The notes below the pieces were generated by a model. That model was not told where the DNA came from. It did no database searches and saw only the letters and a program-made list of their open reading frames with translations. Positions 38,072 through 48,168 of a stretch of DNA of 59,242 bases are shown here, in pieces; the stretch's first letter is position 1; each line of letters opens with the position of its first letter. The translations under genes and the position numbers were made by a program. Source of the stretch: an uncultured Romboutsia sp. Its GTDB lineage: Bacteria; Bacillota; Clostridia; Peptostreptococcales; Peptostreptococcaceae. The stretch is taken from NCBI GenBank assembly GCA_937907205.1, contig CALESE010000085.1:1-59242 (forward strand). Reading direction: 5' to 3'.

Positions 38072-40177
38072 CTAATTTTCTATCTTTTCATTATTTTCTT
38101 TCATTTTCTCTTTACCTATTCCCTTATTACAATCTTTATCCGAGCATATAACTTTAGTTTCTGATTTAGTAACCTTCTCTATCATATAAGATCCACACTT
38201 ATTACAAATCTCTCCAGTTGGCTTATTCCATGAGATAAAATCACATTCTGGATACTTTGAACATCCATAGAATGCTTTACCTCTTTTAGATTTTCTAAGT
38301 ATAATCTCCCCTTCATGGCATTTAGGGCATGTTACTCCTACTTTATTTACTAAAGGCTTTGTAGTCTTGCATTCTGGGTAATTTTTACAAGCCATAAATT
38401 TACCAAATCTTCCATATTTGATAACCATGTTTTCTCCACAGTTTTCACATATTTCATCGGTTTCTTCATCCATATTTATTTTTTCTATACTTTCTTTAGC
38501 TATTTCTATTGCTTCTTTTAATGGTTCGTAAGCCTCAGCTACAACATGTTTCCATTCAATATGTCCTTCTTCTATTTCATCTAATTGACTTTCCATCTGA
38601 GCCGTAAAATCAACGTCTACAAATTTAGTAAAGTTATTTTCTAATATATCTGTTACTATTATCCCAAGTTCTGTAGGACATAAGCTAGTACCTTGCTTTT
38701 CAACATATTCTCTATTTAATATAGTTGTAATAGTTGGGGCATAAGTACTTGGTCTACCTATACCTAACTCTTCTAGAGTTTTTACTAAGCTAGCTTCTGT
38801 AAATCTTGCTGGTGGCTGAGTAAAATGTTGCATTGGAGATATAGTATCTAGTTTTAACTTATCTCCTTCAGATATGCTTGGAAGTATTTTATCTTCTCTA
38901 TCTGTAAAGTTATAAACCTTAGTATAACCATCGAATTTCATTTTAGAACCTGTCGCTTTAAAGATATAATCACCTATATTACACTCTACATTTAATATAT
39001 CAAATATTGAATCTTCCATTTGGCTTGCTACAAGTCTTCTCCATATTAAGTTATATAGTTTATATTGATCCTTACTTAAAGAGCTTTTTATACTATCTGG
39101 TGTTCTATCAATAGATGTTGGTCTTATAGCTTCATGAGCATCTTGAACCTTTTTGTTTTCTTTCTTTTCTTTTTTACTTGTATTATCCTTATAGTAATTT
39201 TCACCTAAATTCTCAGTTATATATATTTTTGATTTTTCTTTAGCTTCATCAGATATTCTTTTTGAATCTGTTCTTATATAGGATATAAGACCTACTGTAC
39301 CTTCTCCTTCTATATCTATACCTTCATATAGCTCTTGAGCTATACTCATTGTCTTTTTAGTTGTAAAAGATAATTTATTTGCTGCTTCTTGTTGAAGCAT
39401 ACTAGTTGTAAATGGTTTTGGAGCTGACTTTCTTCTTGTTTTAGACTCTATGGATACAACATCTAAGTTTTTCCCTTCAATATTTGACAATATTTCATTA
39501 ACCATAGCTTCATTTTCTATGTCAATTTTTTTATTATCTTTACCATAAAATTTTAGGCTTATATTTTCATCATTAGAAGTTTTGGCATCTAAATCAATAG
39601 TCCAGTATTCAACAGGAATAAATTCTTTTATTTCTTTTTCTCTATCACAAATTAGCTTTGTAGTAACAGATTGTACTCTACCTGCACTTAAACCTTTTCT
39701 TACCTTTTGCCAAAGTATAGGACTTATTTGATATCCTAATAATCTATCTAACACTCTTCTAGCTTGTTGTGCATCAACTAAACTTAAATCTATATGCCTT
39801 GGACTTTTTATAGCCTTTTTTATAGCATCTTTAGTTATCTCATGAAATTCTATTCTACAATTATCAGTTTCTTCTAGGCTTAAAATATGAGCTAAATGCC
39901 AAGATATAGCTTCTCCTTCTCTGTCCGGGTCAGTTGCTAAATAAACTTTTTTTGCTTTTTTTGCTTCTTTTTTAAGTTCTTTTATTACATCACCCTTACC
40001 TCTTATATTTATATATTGAGGTTCAAAGTTATTTTCTATATCTACTCCTAGTTTACTCTTTGGTAAATCCCTTACATGTCCAACCGAAGCCTTTACGGTA
40101 TAATGACTTTTCCCTAAAAACTTTTCTATGGTTTTAGCTTTTGCAGGCGATTCTACGATGACTAATGTTTTGGCCAT
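38072..40177 (-). CDS. topA: DNA topoisomerase I
   Basis: LVIVESPAK, ATDPDREGE, SAGRVQS, YIRTDS, C-terminal zinc ribbons. Confidence 0.98.
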   Translation of the reverse strand: MAKTLVIVESPAKAKTIEKFLGKSHYTVKASVGHVRDLPKSKLGVDIENNFEPQYINIRGKGDVIKELKKEAKKAKKVYLATDPDREGEAISWHLAHILSLEETDNCRIEFHEITKDAIKKAIKSPRHIDLSLVDAQQARRVLDRLLGYQISPILWQKVRKGLSAGRVQSVTTKLICDREKEIKEFIPVEYWTIDLDAKTSNDENISLKFYGKDNKKIDIENEAMVNEILSNIEGKNLDVVSIESKTRRKSAPKPFTTSMLQQEAANKLSFTTKKTMSIAQELYEGIDIEGEGTVGLISYIRTDSKRISDEAKEKSKIYITENLGENYYKDNTSKKEKKENKKVQDAHEAIRPTSIDRTPDSIKSSLSKDQYKLYNLIWRRLVASQMEDSIFDILNVECNIGDYIFKATGSKMKFDGYTKVYNFTDREDKILPSISEGDKLKLDTISPMQHFTQPPARFTEASLVKTLEELGIGRPSTYAPTITTILNREYVEKQGTSLCPTELGIIVTDILENNFTKFVDVDFTAQMESQLDEIEEGHIEWKHVVAEAYEPLKEAIEIAKESIEKINMDEETDEICENCGENMVIKYGRFGKFMACKNYPECKTTKPLVNKVGVTCPKCHEGEIILRKSKRGKAFYGCSKYPECDFISWNKPTGEICNKCGSYMIEKVTKSETKVICSDKDCNKGIGKEKMKENNEKIEN

Positions 40178-40203
40178 AAAACCACACACCCCCACTTATG
40201 TAT

Positions 40204-41301
40204 TTATAAATTTAAACTGTATTTTTTATTATTCATCTCTATTAAAATATCATTTAATACTAATTCACCTAAAATTGTATTTAAATATTTTATTTCCATT
40301 TTAGTATTATCACAAATTTCATCTATATGCAATATACCATTGTTCTTTATCGTGTCTATTACTTTAATACTATCATCATTTAGTATTATATTATCATAAT
40401 TTTTACAATTTTCTTCATCCTTTATACTAATTATTTTATATTCACTTAAAATATCCTCTAATTCATCTACTAATTTTGCGCCTTCTTTAATAATTTTATT
40501 ACAACCTTTGCTCATATATGAATTTATATTTCCTGGAATAGCAAATACATTCTTTCCTTGTTCAAGTGCATAATCCACAGTTATTAATGCTCCACTTTCT
40601 TGTGATGCTTCTACAACTATCACACCATCACTTATTCCACTTATTATTCTATTTCTAGCATAAAAATTACTTTTATAAACTTTATCATTTGGTAAATATT
40701 CAGATATTAATAACCCATTATCATCAAGTATTTTATTTGCAATTTTTATACTTGACTTTGGTAATGGATTATCTACTGATGATGGTAAAACCGCTATCGT
40801 CTTTGATTTACCACTCATACAACCTTCATGACAATATGAATCTATTCCATATGCTAACCCACTTACTATATTTATTCCACAATCTGATAGTTTTTTACTT
40901 ATATTTATAGCATTGTATTTTCCATAATCACTGCATTTTCTACTACCAACCATTCCTAATATAATATTTTTAGTTACATTTATATTTCCTTTATAAAATA
41001 ATATTTTAGGAACATCATATATATTTCTAAGATTTTGTGGATATTTTTCATCAGTATGACAAATATATTGTATATTTTTTTTATGTAAATCTTCTTTTAT
41101 ATTATCTAAGTAAGCAAGACTTTTATATTTTACTATATTTTCCTTTATATTTGTATTTATATTTTTTAAATTAAGTATTTCTTTATCTGAAAGTCTAATA
41201 ATTTCATCAATATTTTCTACCTGATTTTCTATTAATTGTACTACTTTATTAGTTACACCATTTATAGACTTTAACCATAAGTATATATCTTTTCTTTCCA
41301 T
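40204..41301 (-). CDS. dprA: DNA-processing protein DprA
   Basis: VGSR, VSGLAYGID, FYARNRIISG, VVEA..SGALIT. Confidence 0.95.
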   Translation of the reverse strand: MERKDIYLWLKSINGVTNKVVQLIENQVENIDEIIRLSDKEILNLKNINTNIKENIVKYKSLAYLDNIKEDLHKKNIQYICHTDEKYPQNLRNIYDVPKILFYKGNINVTKNIILGMVGSRKCSDYGKYNAINISKKLSDCGINIVSGLAYGIDSYCHEGCMSGKSKTIAVLPSSVDNPLPKSSIKIANKILDDNGLLISEYLPNDKVYKSNFYARNRIISGISDGVIVVEASQESGALITVDYALEQGKNVFAIPGNINSYMSKGCNKIIKEGAKLVDELEDILSEYKIISIKDEENCKNYDNIILNDDSIKVIDTIKNNGILHIDEICDNTKMEIKYLNTILGELVLNDILIEMNNKKYSLNL

Positions 41302-41310
41302 ATTTTTCTC

Positions 41311-42831
41311 CTATTTGAAATATGTATAATAAGCTTTTCTAAATGAAAATGCCTCCATTATATCATTATGACCTATACTCTCATTGCCTTCTAAGTCTGC
41401 TATTGTTCTTGCTACTTTTAGAAGCTTTGTATAACTTCTATTGCTTAATTTATATTTATTAAGTATTGATTTTATACTATTTTTAGCTTCTTCACTTAAA
41501 TTACAAAACCTTAAAAGATTAGATGACTTAATCTCATCATTTGTTTTAATATTTTCATTTTTAAATCTTTTTTCTTGAATATTTCTTGCCATCTGAACTC
41601 TATCTCTTATATCTTTTGAACTTTCTCCTTTTTTACCGCTTTGTAATTCTTCATAAGATACTGAATTTACTTCTATAAAAATATCAAATCTATCTAATAA
41701 AGGTCCTGATAGTTTATTTTTATATCTATCTATTTCATAACCTCTACAAGTGCAATCTTTATCAGACATATAATATCCACAAGGGCATGGATTCATGGCT
41801 CCTATTAAAAGTAAATTACAAGGATATTGAACATTATACTTTACTCTAGATATATTAATGTACTTATCTTCTATTGGTTGTCTTAATGTTTCTAATATAC
41901 GTCTATCAAATTCGGCTATTTCATCTAAAAATAAAACCCCTTTATGAGCTAGTACAACTTCTCCCGGTCTTGAATCAAAGCCTCCACCTATTAATGCTTG
42001 CCTTGTTGATGTATGATGAGGAGATCTAAATGGACGTTTATATACTATACCTTCATCTTCATTTAATAGCCCAGATGCACTATATATCTTACTTACTTCT
42101 ATCATCTCATCTTTTTTTATTTCTGGAAGTATTGTTCTTATTCTTTTAGCAATCATAGTTTTTCCACTACCCGGTGGTCCTACCATAAGTATATTATGAT
42201 TTCCTGCAGCTGCTATTTCAGCTCCTCTTTTTACAAAGTAGTTACCACATACATCTTCAAAGTCTTCATCATAATTATAATCTTCTTTATATTCTATTAT
42301 TTCTTTTCTATCTATCTTCAAGTCATTATTTAAAAATCCTATACATTCCTTTAAACTATCTATTGGAATTATTTCTATATCATCTACAAATAAACTTTCA
42401 GCTAGATTATCAATAGGTATAAATATTCTTTTAATATTATTTTGTTTTGCCCCTATAATTATAGGCAATATTCCTTTAACTTTTCTAATGCTTCCATCTA
42501 ATGATAACTCACCTACAAACATACTTTCATTTATATAGTTATCATCTTTTTTTATAAGTTGTCTTAATATACCTATACATATAGATAAATCTAAAAATGA
42601 TCCTTGTTTCTTCATATCTGCTGGGGATAAATTTACAACTATACGTGAATTTGGAAATTTATAACCACTATTTATAATAGCTGACTTTACTCTATCTCTA
42701 GCCTCTTTTATCTCAGTACTAGCAAGTCCTACTATATTGAAACATGGTATACCATTTGCTATATCAACTTCAACTTTTACTAAAAAACCTTCTATTCCTA
42801 TCAAATTACTTGAATTAATAATACTTAACAT
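41311..42831 (-). CDS. comM: YifB/ComM Mg-chelatase-like AAA+ ATPase
   Basis: VNLSPAD, GPPGSGKT, RPFRSPHH, MNPCPCG, SGPLLDR. Confidence 0.93.
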   Translation of the reverse strand: MLSIINSSNLIGIEGFLVKVEVDIANGIPCFNIVGLASTEIKEARDRVKSAIINSGYKFPNSRIVVNLSPADMKKQGSFLDLSICIGILRQLIKKDDNYINESMFVGELSLDGSIRKVKGILPIIIGAKQNNIKRIFIPIDNLAESLFVDDIEIIPIDSLKECIGFLNNDLKIDRKEIIEYKEDYNYDEDFEDVCGNYFVKRGAEIAAAGNHNILMVGPPGSGKTMIAKRIRTILPEIKKDEMIEVSKIYSASGLLNEDEGIVYKRPFRSPHHTSTRQALIGGGFDSRPGEVVLAHKGVLFLDEIAEFDRRILETLRQPIEDKYINISRVKYNVQYPCNLLLIGAMNPCPCGYYMSDKDCTCRGYEIDRYKNKLSGPLLDRFDIFIEVNSVSYEELQSGKKGESSKDIRDRVQMARNIQEKRFKNENIKTNDEIKSSNLLRFCNLSEEAKNSIKSILNKYKLSNRSYTKLLKVARTIADLEGNESIGHNDIMEAFSFRKAYYTYFK

Positions 42832-42844
42832 AAATTCCTCTCTT

Positions 42845-43189
42845 TTAAAAAGCATTTACTATATGATTTATTTTTTTATCTTTTAAATATACCTCTATTA
42901 CATCAAATCTTATTGATGTATTATATAAGTTATTTTTAAGTATATAATATTTTGCTATATCAGTTATTTTTTTAATTTTTTTATAATTTACAGCTTCACT
43001 AGGGTATCCAAATTTAACATTCGTTCTAGATTTTACTTCTACAAATACTATATCTTCATCTAATTTAGTTATTATATCTATTTCTCCAGATTTTATTTTA
43101 TAGTTAGTTTCTAGTATTTTAGCTCCTTTAGATAATAAATAATCTTTTGCTATATGCTCTCCTAGATCACCTTTTTCTTTATTATTCAT
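42845..43189 (-). CDS. yraN: YraN (UPF0102) PD-(D/E)xK nuclease
   Basis: GEIDII, FVEVKSR, RFDVI. Confidence 0.95.
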   Translation of the reverse strand: MNNKEKGDLGEHIAKDYLLSKGAKILETNYKIKSGEIDIITKLDEDIVFVEVKSRTNVKFGYPSEAVNYKKIKKITDIAKYYILKNNLYNTSIRFDVIEVYLKDKKINHIVNAF

Positions 43190-43258
43190 TTTATACTCCT
43201 AAATTTAAATCATTTATTTAGTAATTATATATACAAATTTTATAATTGAAAATTAAAT

Positions 43259-43417
43259 GTTATTGGAGATATTATGGTTCATAATACTCAAATTAAAGCT
43301 CAGTATAACACATCTATTAACACTTATTCATTTGATAATAATTTTAAATACGTCAAAAACTATATTAAAAAATCAGATTTATCAATTGCTAATTTAGAAA
43401 CTTCTTTAACTGCAAAA
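43259..43417 (+). pseudogene. Internal fragment of a CapA/PGA_cap metallophosphoesterase gene
   Basis: VIGDIMVHNTQIKAQY...FKYVKNYIKKSDLSIANLETSL matches CapA GD.M.H and NLET motifs; N- and C-terminal parts missing. Confidence 0.75.
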
Positions 43418-43420
43418 AAT

Positions 43421-43452
43421 AAAAAAATTCACTGTGTAGTGAATTCTTTTTT
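43421..43452. terminator. Bidirectional terminator between two pseudogenes
   Basis: AATTCACT-GTGT-AGTGAATT with A- and T-tracts. Confidence 0.65.
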
Positions 43453-43767
43453 ATTTATATATAACTTTACTATCTATATCAAATATAGTTTGACATCCTG
43501 TAAGTATCATAGTTGATATAAGTTCATACTTTAATTTTTAAATATAAGTTTTTACACCTTCAACTTATCCACCAAATTAATCCGTTACAAATGTAAAACT
43601 ACTTTTGCTATGTCAGGAAGTAAATCAGCAGCTCCTGGTGTACAGTCTAAGACTCTTCCACAATGATTCGATACAACTATAGCATCAACTCCATTACAAG
43701 ATTTACATACTCTACAACTTTTATTTAAACTTTATCTAGCATTTTTTAATATTTCTTTATAATCCAT
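43451..43767 (-). pseudogene. Collapsed FMN-dependent alpha-hydroxy-acid oxidase gene
   Basis: MDYKEILKNAR*SLNKSCRVCKSCNGV|DAIVVSNHCGRVLDCTPGAADLLPDIAK|FVTD*FGG*VEGVKTYI*KLKYELISTMILTGC..; SNHGGR-like motif, 4 nonsense codons, 2 large internal deletions. Confidence 0.88.
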
Positions 43768-43798
43768 TTTTATCCCCAACTAATTAAGTATTTTAATT

Positions 43799-44566
43799 TT
43801 ATAAAACATTTTTTAAGAAGCTCTTTCTATGTATTGGTGTAATTCCATGCTTTTCAATGGCCTCATAATGTTCTTTAGTTCCATATCCTTTATGACTTTT
43901 AAATCCATATTCAGGATATATTTCATCATATTGGTACATTATACTATCTCTAGTTACTTTAGCCAATATAGATGCTGCAGCTATTGATATAGACTTTGAA
44001 TCTCCTTTTATTATAGGCTTTTGTAATATTTCCACCCCAGGTATAGTAGCAGCATCTATAAGTAAATAATCTGGTGTTTTTTCTAAACAGTTTAAGGCTT
44101 TTTTCATTGCCATATATGTTGCATTTAATATATTTATTTCATCAATTTCATTATTGTTTACTATACCAATTCCATAGTCTAGAGCTTGTTCTTTTATTAT
44201 ATCAAATAATTCATTTCTTTTAGCTTCACTTAGCTTCTTAGAGTCATTTATACCTTCTATTTTAGTGTTTTGTTTAAATACAACTACAGCTGCTACAACA
44301 GGTCCTGCTAATGGTCCACGACCAGCTTCATCTATACCACCTATATATAAATATCCTTTATTGTATCCTTCATTTTCATATGAGTTTATCATATCTAATC
44401 TTTCATTTTCTTTTCTTATAGAATCTAATTTTTTAGCCATTTTTAATGCTAAATTTTGAACAGACTTTCTTTTATCAACTTTAAGTATTTCTATATATTC
44501 TAAATATTTATTTGTATCCAAATTATCAATTATTTCTTTTATTTCTTTTACACTTTTATCCTTCAT
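43799..44566 (-). CDS. rnhB: Ribonuclease HII
   Basis: GIDEAGRGPLAGPV, DSKKL, KGD, AAASILAKVTRD, HKGYGT. Confidence 0.98.
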   Translation of the reverse strand: MKDKSVKEIKEIIDNLDTNKYLEYIEILKVDKRKSVQNLALKMAKKLDSIRKENERLDMINSYENEGYNKGYLYIGGIDEAGRGPLAGPVVAAVVVFKQNTKIEGINDSKKLSEAKRNELFDIIKEQALDYGIGIVNNNEIDEINILNATYMAMKKALNCLEKTPDYLLIDAATIPGVEILQKPIIKGDSKSISIAAASILAKVTRDSIMYQYDEIYPEYGFKSHKGYGTKEHYEAIEKHGITPIHRKSFLKNVL

Positions 44567-44697
44567 TTTATTCTCCTTAGACTTAAATATATATTTTAGT
44601 ATACATCATTATTATTTTATTTTAAATTAAAACTTATATATGATATTTATTACAAAATACAAAAAAATCGTTGATATAAATATCAACGATTTCTATA

Positions 44698-46002
44698 TTA
44701 CATAGCCTTATTTATTCCACTATTTATTTCAATATCTTTTGATGGTATAAAATTACCTATAATTCCTGCTATTAAAACAGGTAACACCCAGTTAAACCCA
44801 AGTGATGCAAGTGGTAACTTTGTAACAAAAGGTATAGCAACTTTAGTTAAATTATTTATAACAGTTAAAACACTTATAAATAATGCCATGTATGTTGCTC
44901 CTCTAAAAGCATTATTATTTTTTATTTTATCACCAAATAAAGTCATTATTACTAATACAATAGTTGTTGGATATATCATATCTAAAATCGGCGCTGAGAA
45001 TTGTATTATAGTACTTACACCAAAGTTTGATACTACAGCACTGAATATACAAACTACTGTTACCACAACTTCATATTTTAATTTTCCATTAGTTAATTTA
45101 TCAAAGAATTGACCTGTAGCTGATGTAAGACCTACTGCAGTTGTTAAACAAGCTAATGTAACTATTATCGATAGTATTACTTTACCTGGATTTCCAAGTA
45201 ATGAAGCAGTCATCTCAACCATTAATGATGCTTGTGATACATTTAAATCATAAACTTTAGATACTGTAGCTCCAAGGTAAGTTAATCCACCATATACTAA
45301 AGCTAATCCTAAAGCTGCAACTAAACCAGCTTTTATAGTTAAATTAACTTTTTGTTTTTCATCCTTATAACCTTTATTTCCTAAAGATATTATTATAACA
45401 CTTGATAATGCTACTGCACCTAATGGGTCCATAGTTTGGTATCCTTGTTTAATACCTTCTGCAAATACATTTTCAATCATTGGAGTAGGATTTATATCCC
45501 CAAGTGGTGTTATTATTCCTTTAATTATTAAAACTGATAAAGCTATTAAAAGTGCTGGTGTTAAAAATTGCCCTATTATATCTGTAACCTTTGATGGCTT
45601 TATTGTTAATATAAAAGTTATTATAAAAAATATCACTGAAAATAATACCGGACTAAAATTACTAAATAATGGTGCAACTCCCATTTCAAAAGTAGTTGCT
45701 GCTGTTCTTGGTATTGCTAAAAGAGGCCCAAGACATATCATTATTGCTGCTCCTAATATAATTGATAATTTCTTACCTGCTCTACCAAAAACTAAATTTA
45801 CATCACCTCTACATTTTGCTGCTGCTATTATTGCAAGTAAAGATAAACCTACATCTGCTAATATAAATGCTCCAAATCCTGTAATCCACTCTTGACCAGA
45901 GGTAACACCTAGAAATGGAGGGAATATTAAGTTTCCTGCTCCAAAAAACATAGCAAATAAGGCAAATCCTACTACTATTACATCTTTATTTGTCTTATTC
46001 AT
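44698..46002 (-). CDS. brnQ: Branched-chain amino acid transport system II carrier
   Basis: FAMFFGAGNLIFPP, AIPRTA, GYQTMD, LACLTTAVGL; AAAGGA RBS before ATG 46002. Confidence 0.96.
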   Translation of the reverse strand: MNKTNKDVIVVGFALFAMFFGAGNLIFPPFLGVTSGQEWITGFGAFILADVGLSLLAIIAAAKCRGDVNLVFGRAGKKLSIILGAAIMICLGPLLAIPRTAATTFEMGVAPLFSNFSPVLFSVIFFIITFILTIKPSKVTDIIGQFLTPALLIALSVLIIKGIITPLGDINPTPMIENVFAEGIKQGYQTMDPLGAVALSSVIIISLGNKGYKDEKQKVNLTIKAGLVAALGLALVYGGLTYLGATVSKVYDLNVSQASLMVEMTASLLGNPGKVILSIIVTLACLTTAVGLTSATGQFFDKLTNGKLKYEVVVTVVCIFSAVVSNFGVSTIIQFSAPILDMIYPTTIVLVIMTLFGDKIKNNNAFRGATYMALFISVLTVINNLTKVAIPFVTKLPLASLGFNWVLPVLIAGIIGNFIPSKDIEINSGINKAM

Positions 46003-46050
46003 AATTAACATCCTTTCAAGTTTCGTCATTTTATTTAATATTTTGAACTC

Positions 46051-46079
46051 ATTATACATTTTTAATGCTAAATAGTCAA
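46051..46079 (-). promoter_or_regulatory. SigA promoter of brnQ
   Basis: TTGACT-N17-TATAAT. Confidence 0.7.
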
Positions 46080-46193
46080 TAATATTTAAAATATACATAG
46101 TATTATGAATTTTTTAAATATTTCTAATTTTACTGCTTATTGGTTATTAGTTAGCAAAAATAAAAGCATAGACTTTTAATCTATGCTTTATAA

Positions 46194-47576
46194 CTATCCT
46201 TGTAGTTCACTTTGTAGTTCTAATTCTTTATCTATATTTTTATATCTTTTTAATTCTTTAACTAGTACAACTGCAGTTATCATTGTAGATAGTAAGTCTG
46301 ATGTAGGCTGTGAATACCAAACACCATTTAGGCCAAAGAATTTAGGAAGTATCATTATCATAGGTATTAATAATATTACCTGTCTTAATAAGCCTAATAT
46401 CATAGCTGATTTTGCTTTACCAACTGACTGCATATAGTTGCTTCCTGTTATAGATATTCCTACTATCGGTAACATGAATAGGTATAATCTCGCACCATTT
46501 GTAGTTATATCCATAAGTTTTGGATCTTTGTTAAACATTCCAACTATAAGTTCTGGATTTATTTGAATTATTAACCATCCTACTGTCATTATTACACATG
46601 CTACACTTACTGATATTTTAAATGCTTTATTAGCCCTCTCATATTGCTTAGCTCCATAGTTAAATCCTATTATAGGTTGAGATCCTTGGTTTATACCAAA
46701 TACAGGCATTAAGAATATCATAGATATAGAAGATATAGTTGCCATAGCACCTATAGCTAAGTCTCCACCATAAGCCTTTAAAGCATTGTTTGATATTATT
46801 TGAACTAGACTTGCAGCTATTTGCATTGCAAATTGTGCTGAACCTATTGAAAATATAATTTTAACTATATCTTTATTTAATTTCAAGTTTGATTTTTTTA
46901 ATTTTAAATTTGATTTTCCTTTTATATAGTAAGTAAGACCCCATATAGCTGTTACTGCTTGAGATGTTACAGTTGCTATTGCAGCTCCTTGTATTCCCAT
47001 ATTAAATACAAATATTAAAACTGCATCTAGTACTATATTAGTCAAACATCCTACTACCATTATAGTAGCTGCTAGCTTCGGATTACCATCTCCTCTTATT
47101 GTATTGTTTAAAGAAAATGCTAGCAAGTTAAATATAGATCCACCTAATACTATATATATATATGATTTAGCGTAGTATAATGTTGATTCACTCGCCCCAA
47201 AAGATTTAAGTATAACATCTCCAAATGATATACCAATAATACTTATAGCTAAACCGATTATTACTGAAAGAGTAATTGAATTCCCTATTATAATTTCTGC
47301 GTCATCCCTTTTTCCTTGACCTAATTTAATAGATATATTAGCAGTAGACCCTATACCTATTAACATACCAAAAGCAAGTATTATCGTCATAATAGGCATT
47401 GTAACACCAACACCTGTTATAGCTAATGCTCCTACCCCTGGTATATTTCCTATAAATATTCTATCAACTACATTATATAAAGCATTTACTATCATTCCTA
47501 TTATCGCTGGCACAGAATATTTTAAAAGTAATTTCCCAACTGGCTCAGTTGCAAGCATTTGTTGTTGATTTTTCAT
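46194..47576 (-). CDS. MATE family efflux transporter (MepA-like)
   Basis: ALYNVVDRIFIG, RGDGNP, NIVLD, GAAIAT, QPIIGFNYGA. Confidence 0.95.
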   Translation of the reverse strand: MKNQQQMLATEPVGKLLLKYSVPAIIGMIVNALYNVVDRIFIGNIPGVGALAITGVGVTMPIMTIILAFGMLIGIGSTANISIKLGQGKRDDAEIIIGNSITLSVIIGLAISIIGISFGDVILKSFGASESTLYYAKSYIYIVLGGSIFNLLAFSLNNTIRGDGNPKLAATIMVVGCLTNIVLDAVLIFVFNMGIQGAAIATVTSQAVTAIWGLTYYIKGKSNLKLKKSNLKLNKDIVKIIFSIGSAQFAMQIAASLVQIISNNALKAYGGDLAIGAMATISSISMIFLMPVFGINQGSQPIIGFNYGAKQYERANKAFKISVSVACVIMTVGWLIIQINPELIVGMFNKDPKLMDITTNGARLYLFMLPIVGISITGSNYMQSVGKAKSAMILGLLRQVILLIPMIMILPKFFGLNGVWYSQPTSDLLSTMITAVVLVKELKRYKNIDKELELQSELQG

Positions 47577-47586
47577 ATATTCCTCC

Positions 47587-48009
47587 TTATTTACATCTAC
47601 ATATTTTATTTAAAAGCAAATCTAGTATTGCTCTTTCTTCACTTGATAGTCTAGATGTTATAATATCTTCCCAACTGTTTAAAGCATCTAATATAGTATC
47701 TTTTACATCATTACCTTTATCAGTTAAATAAATTTTATATGCTCTTTTATCATTTTCATCTCTTTCTCTAAATAAAAAACCATCTTCTTCTAACTTCTTT
47801 ATAGCTCTTGCTGTAGTTCCTTTATCTATACTTAATATCTCAGATAACTCTTCTTGAGACCTTCCATCTTTTCTATAAAGTTGTAATAAAAACATAAATT
47901 GTCCAGACCCAACACCTATATGGGAAAGTTGTTTTCCTATATAAGCATTTCCTTTTCTATACATTTGAGAAAAATATCGTCCTATATATACAGTATTATT
48001 ATCTGTCAA
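47587..48009 (-). CDS. MarR family transcriptional regulator
   Basis: SQEELS..IDKGTTARAIKKLE..G...DKR; AGGTGA RBS before TTG 48009. Confidence 0.93.
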   Translation of the reverse strand: MTDNNTVYIGRYFSQMYRKGNAYIGKQLSHIGVGSGQFMFLLQLYRKDGRSQEELSEILSIDKGTTARAIKKLEEDGFLFRERDENDKRAYKIYLTDKGNDVKDTILDALNSWEDIITSRLSSEERAILDLLLNKICRCK

Positions 48010-48066
48010 AATTTCATCACCTAATTTCAATTAATATTGTAACAATATATTATTATACTCTTATTT

Positions 48067-48168
48067 AGTTGTTAATACAACTTATTTTTTATTATTTTTA
48101 TAACTTATAATTTTTATATAAGGTTAATATTCACAAAAAATACATTAACTTTTAGTTGCCTTAGCAAC
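48067..48168. promoter_or_regulatory. Two GTTG-N6-CAAC palindromes, putative MarR operators
   Basis: AGTTGT-TAAT-ACAACT (48067-48082) and GTTGC-CTTA-GCAAC (48155-48168). Confidence 0.55.

Noticed and set aside
44698..46098. Extended N-termini in the ORF track (brnQ 46098; likewise topA 40195, comM 42855, pepA 12228)
   Set aside because: Downstream starts have proper RBS spacing; the brnQ extension overlaps its own promoter
46108..46122. CodY box upstream of brnQ (AATTTTTTAAATATT)
   Set aside because: Three mismatches to AATTTTCWGAAAATT in near-pure AT sequence; biologically plausible but not supportable from sequence
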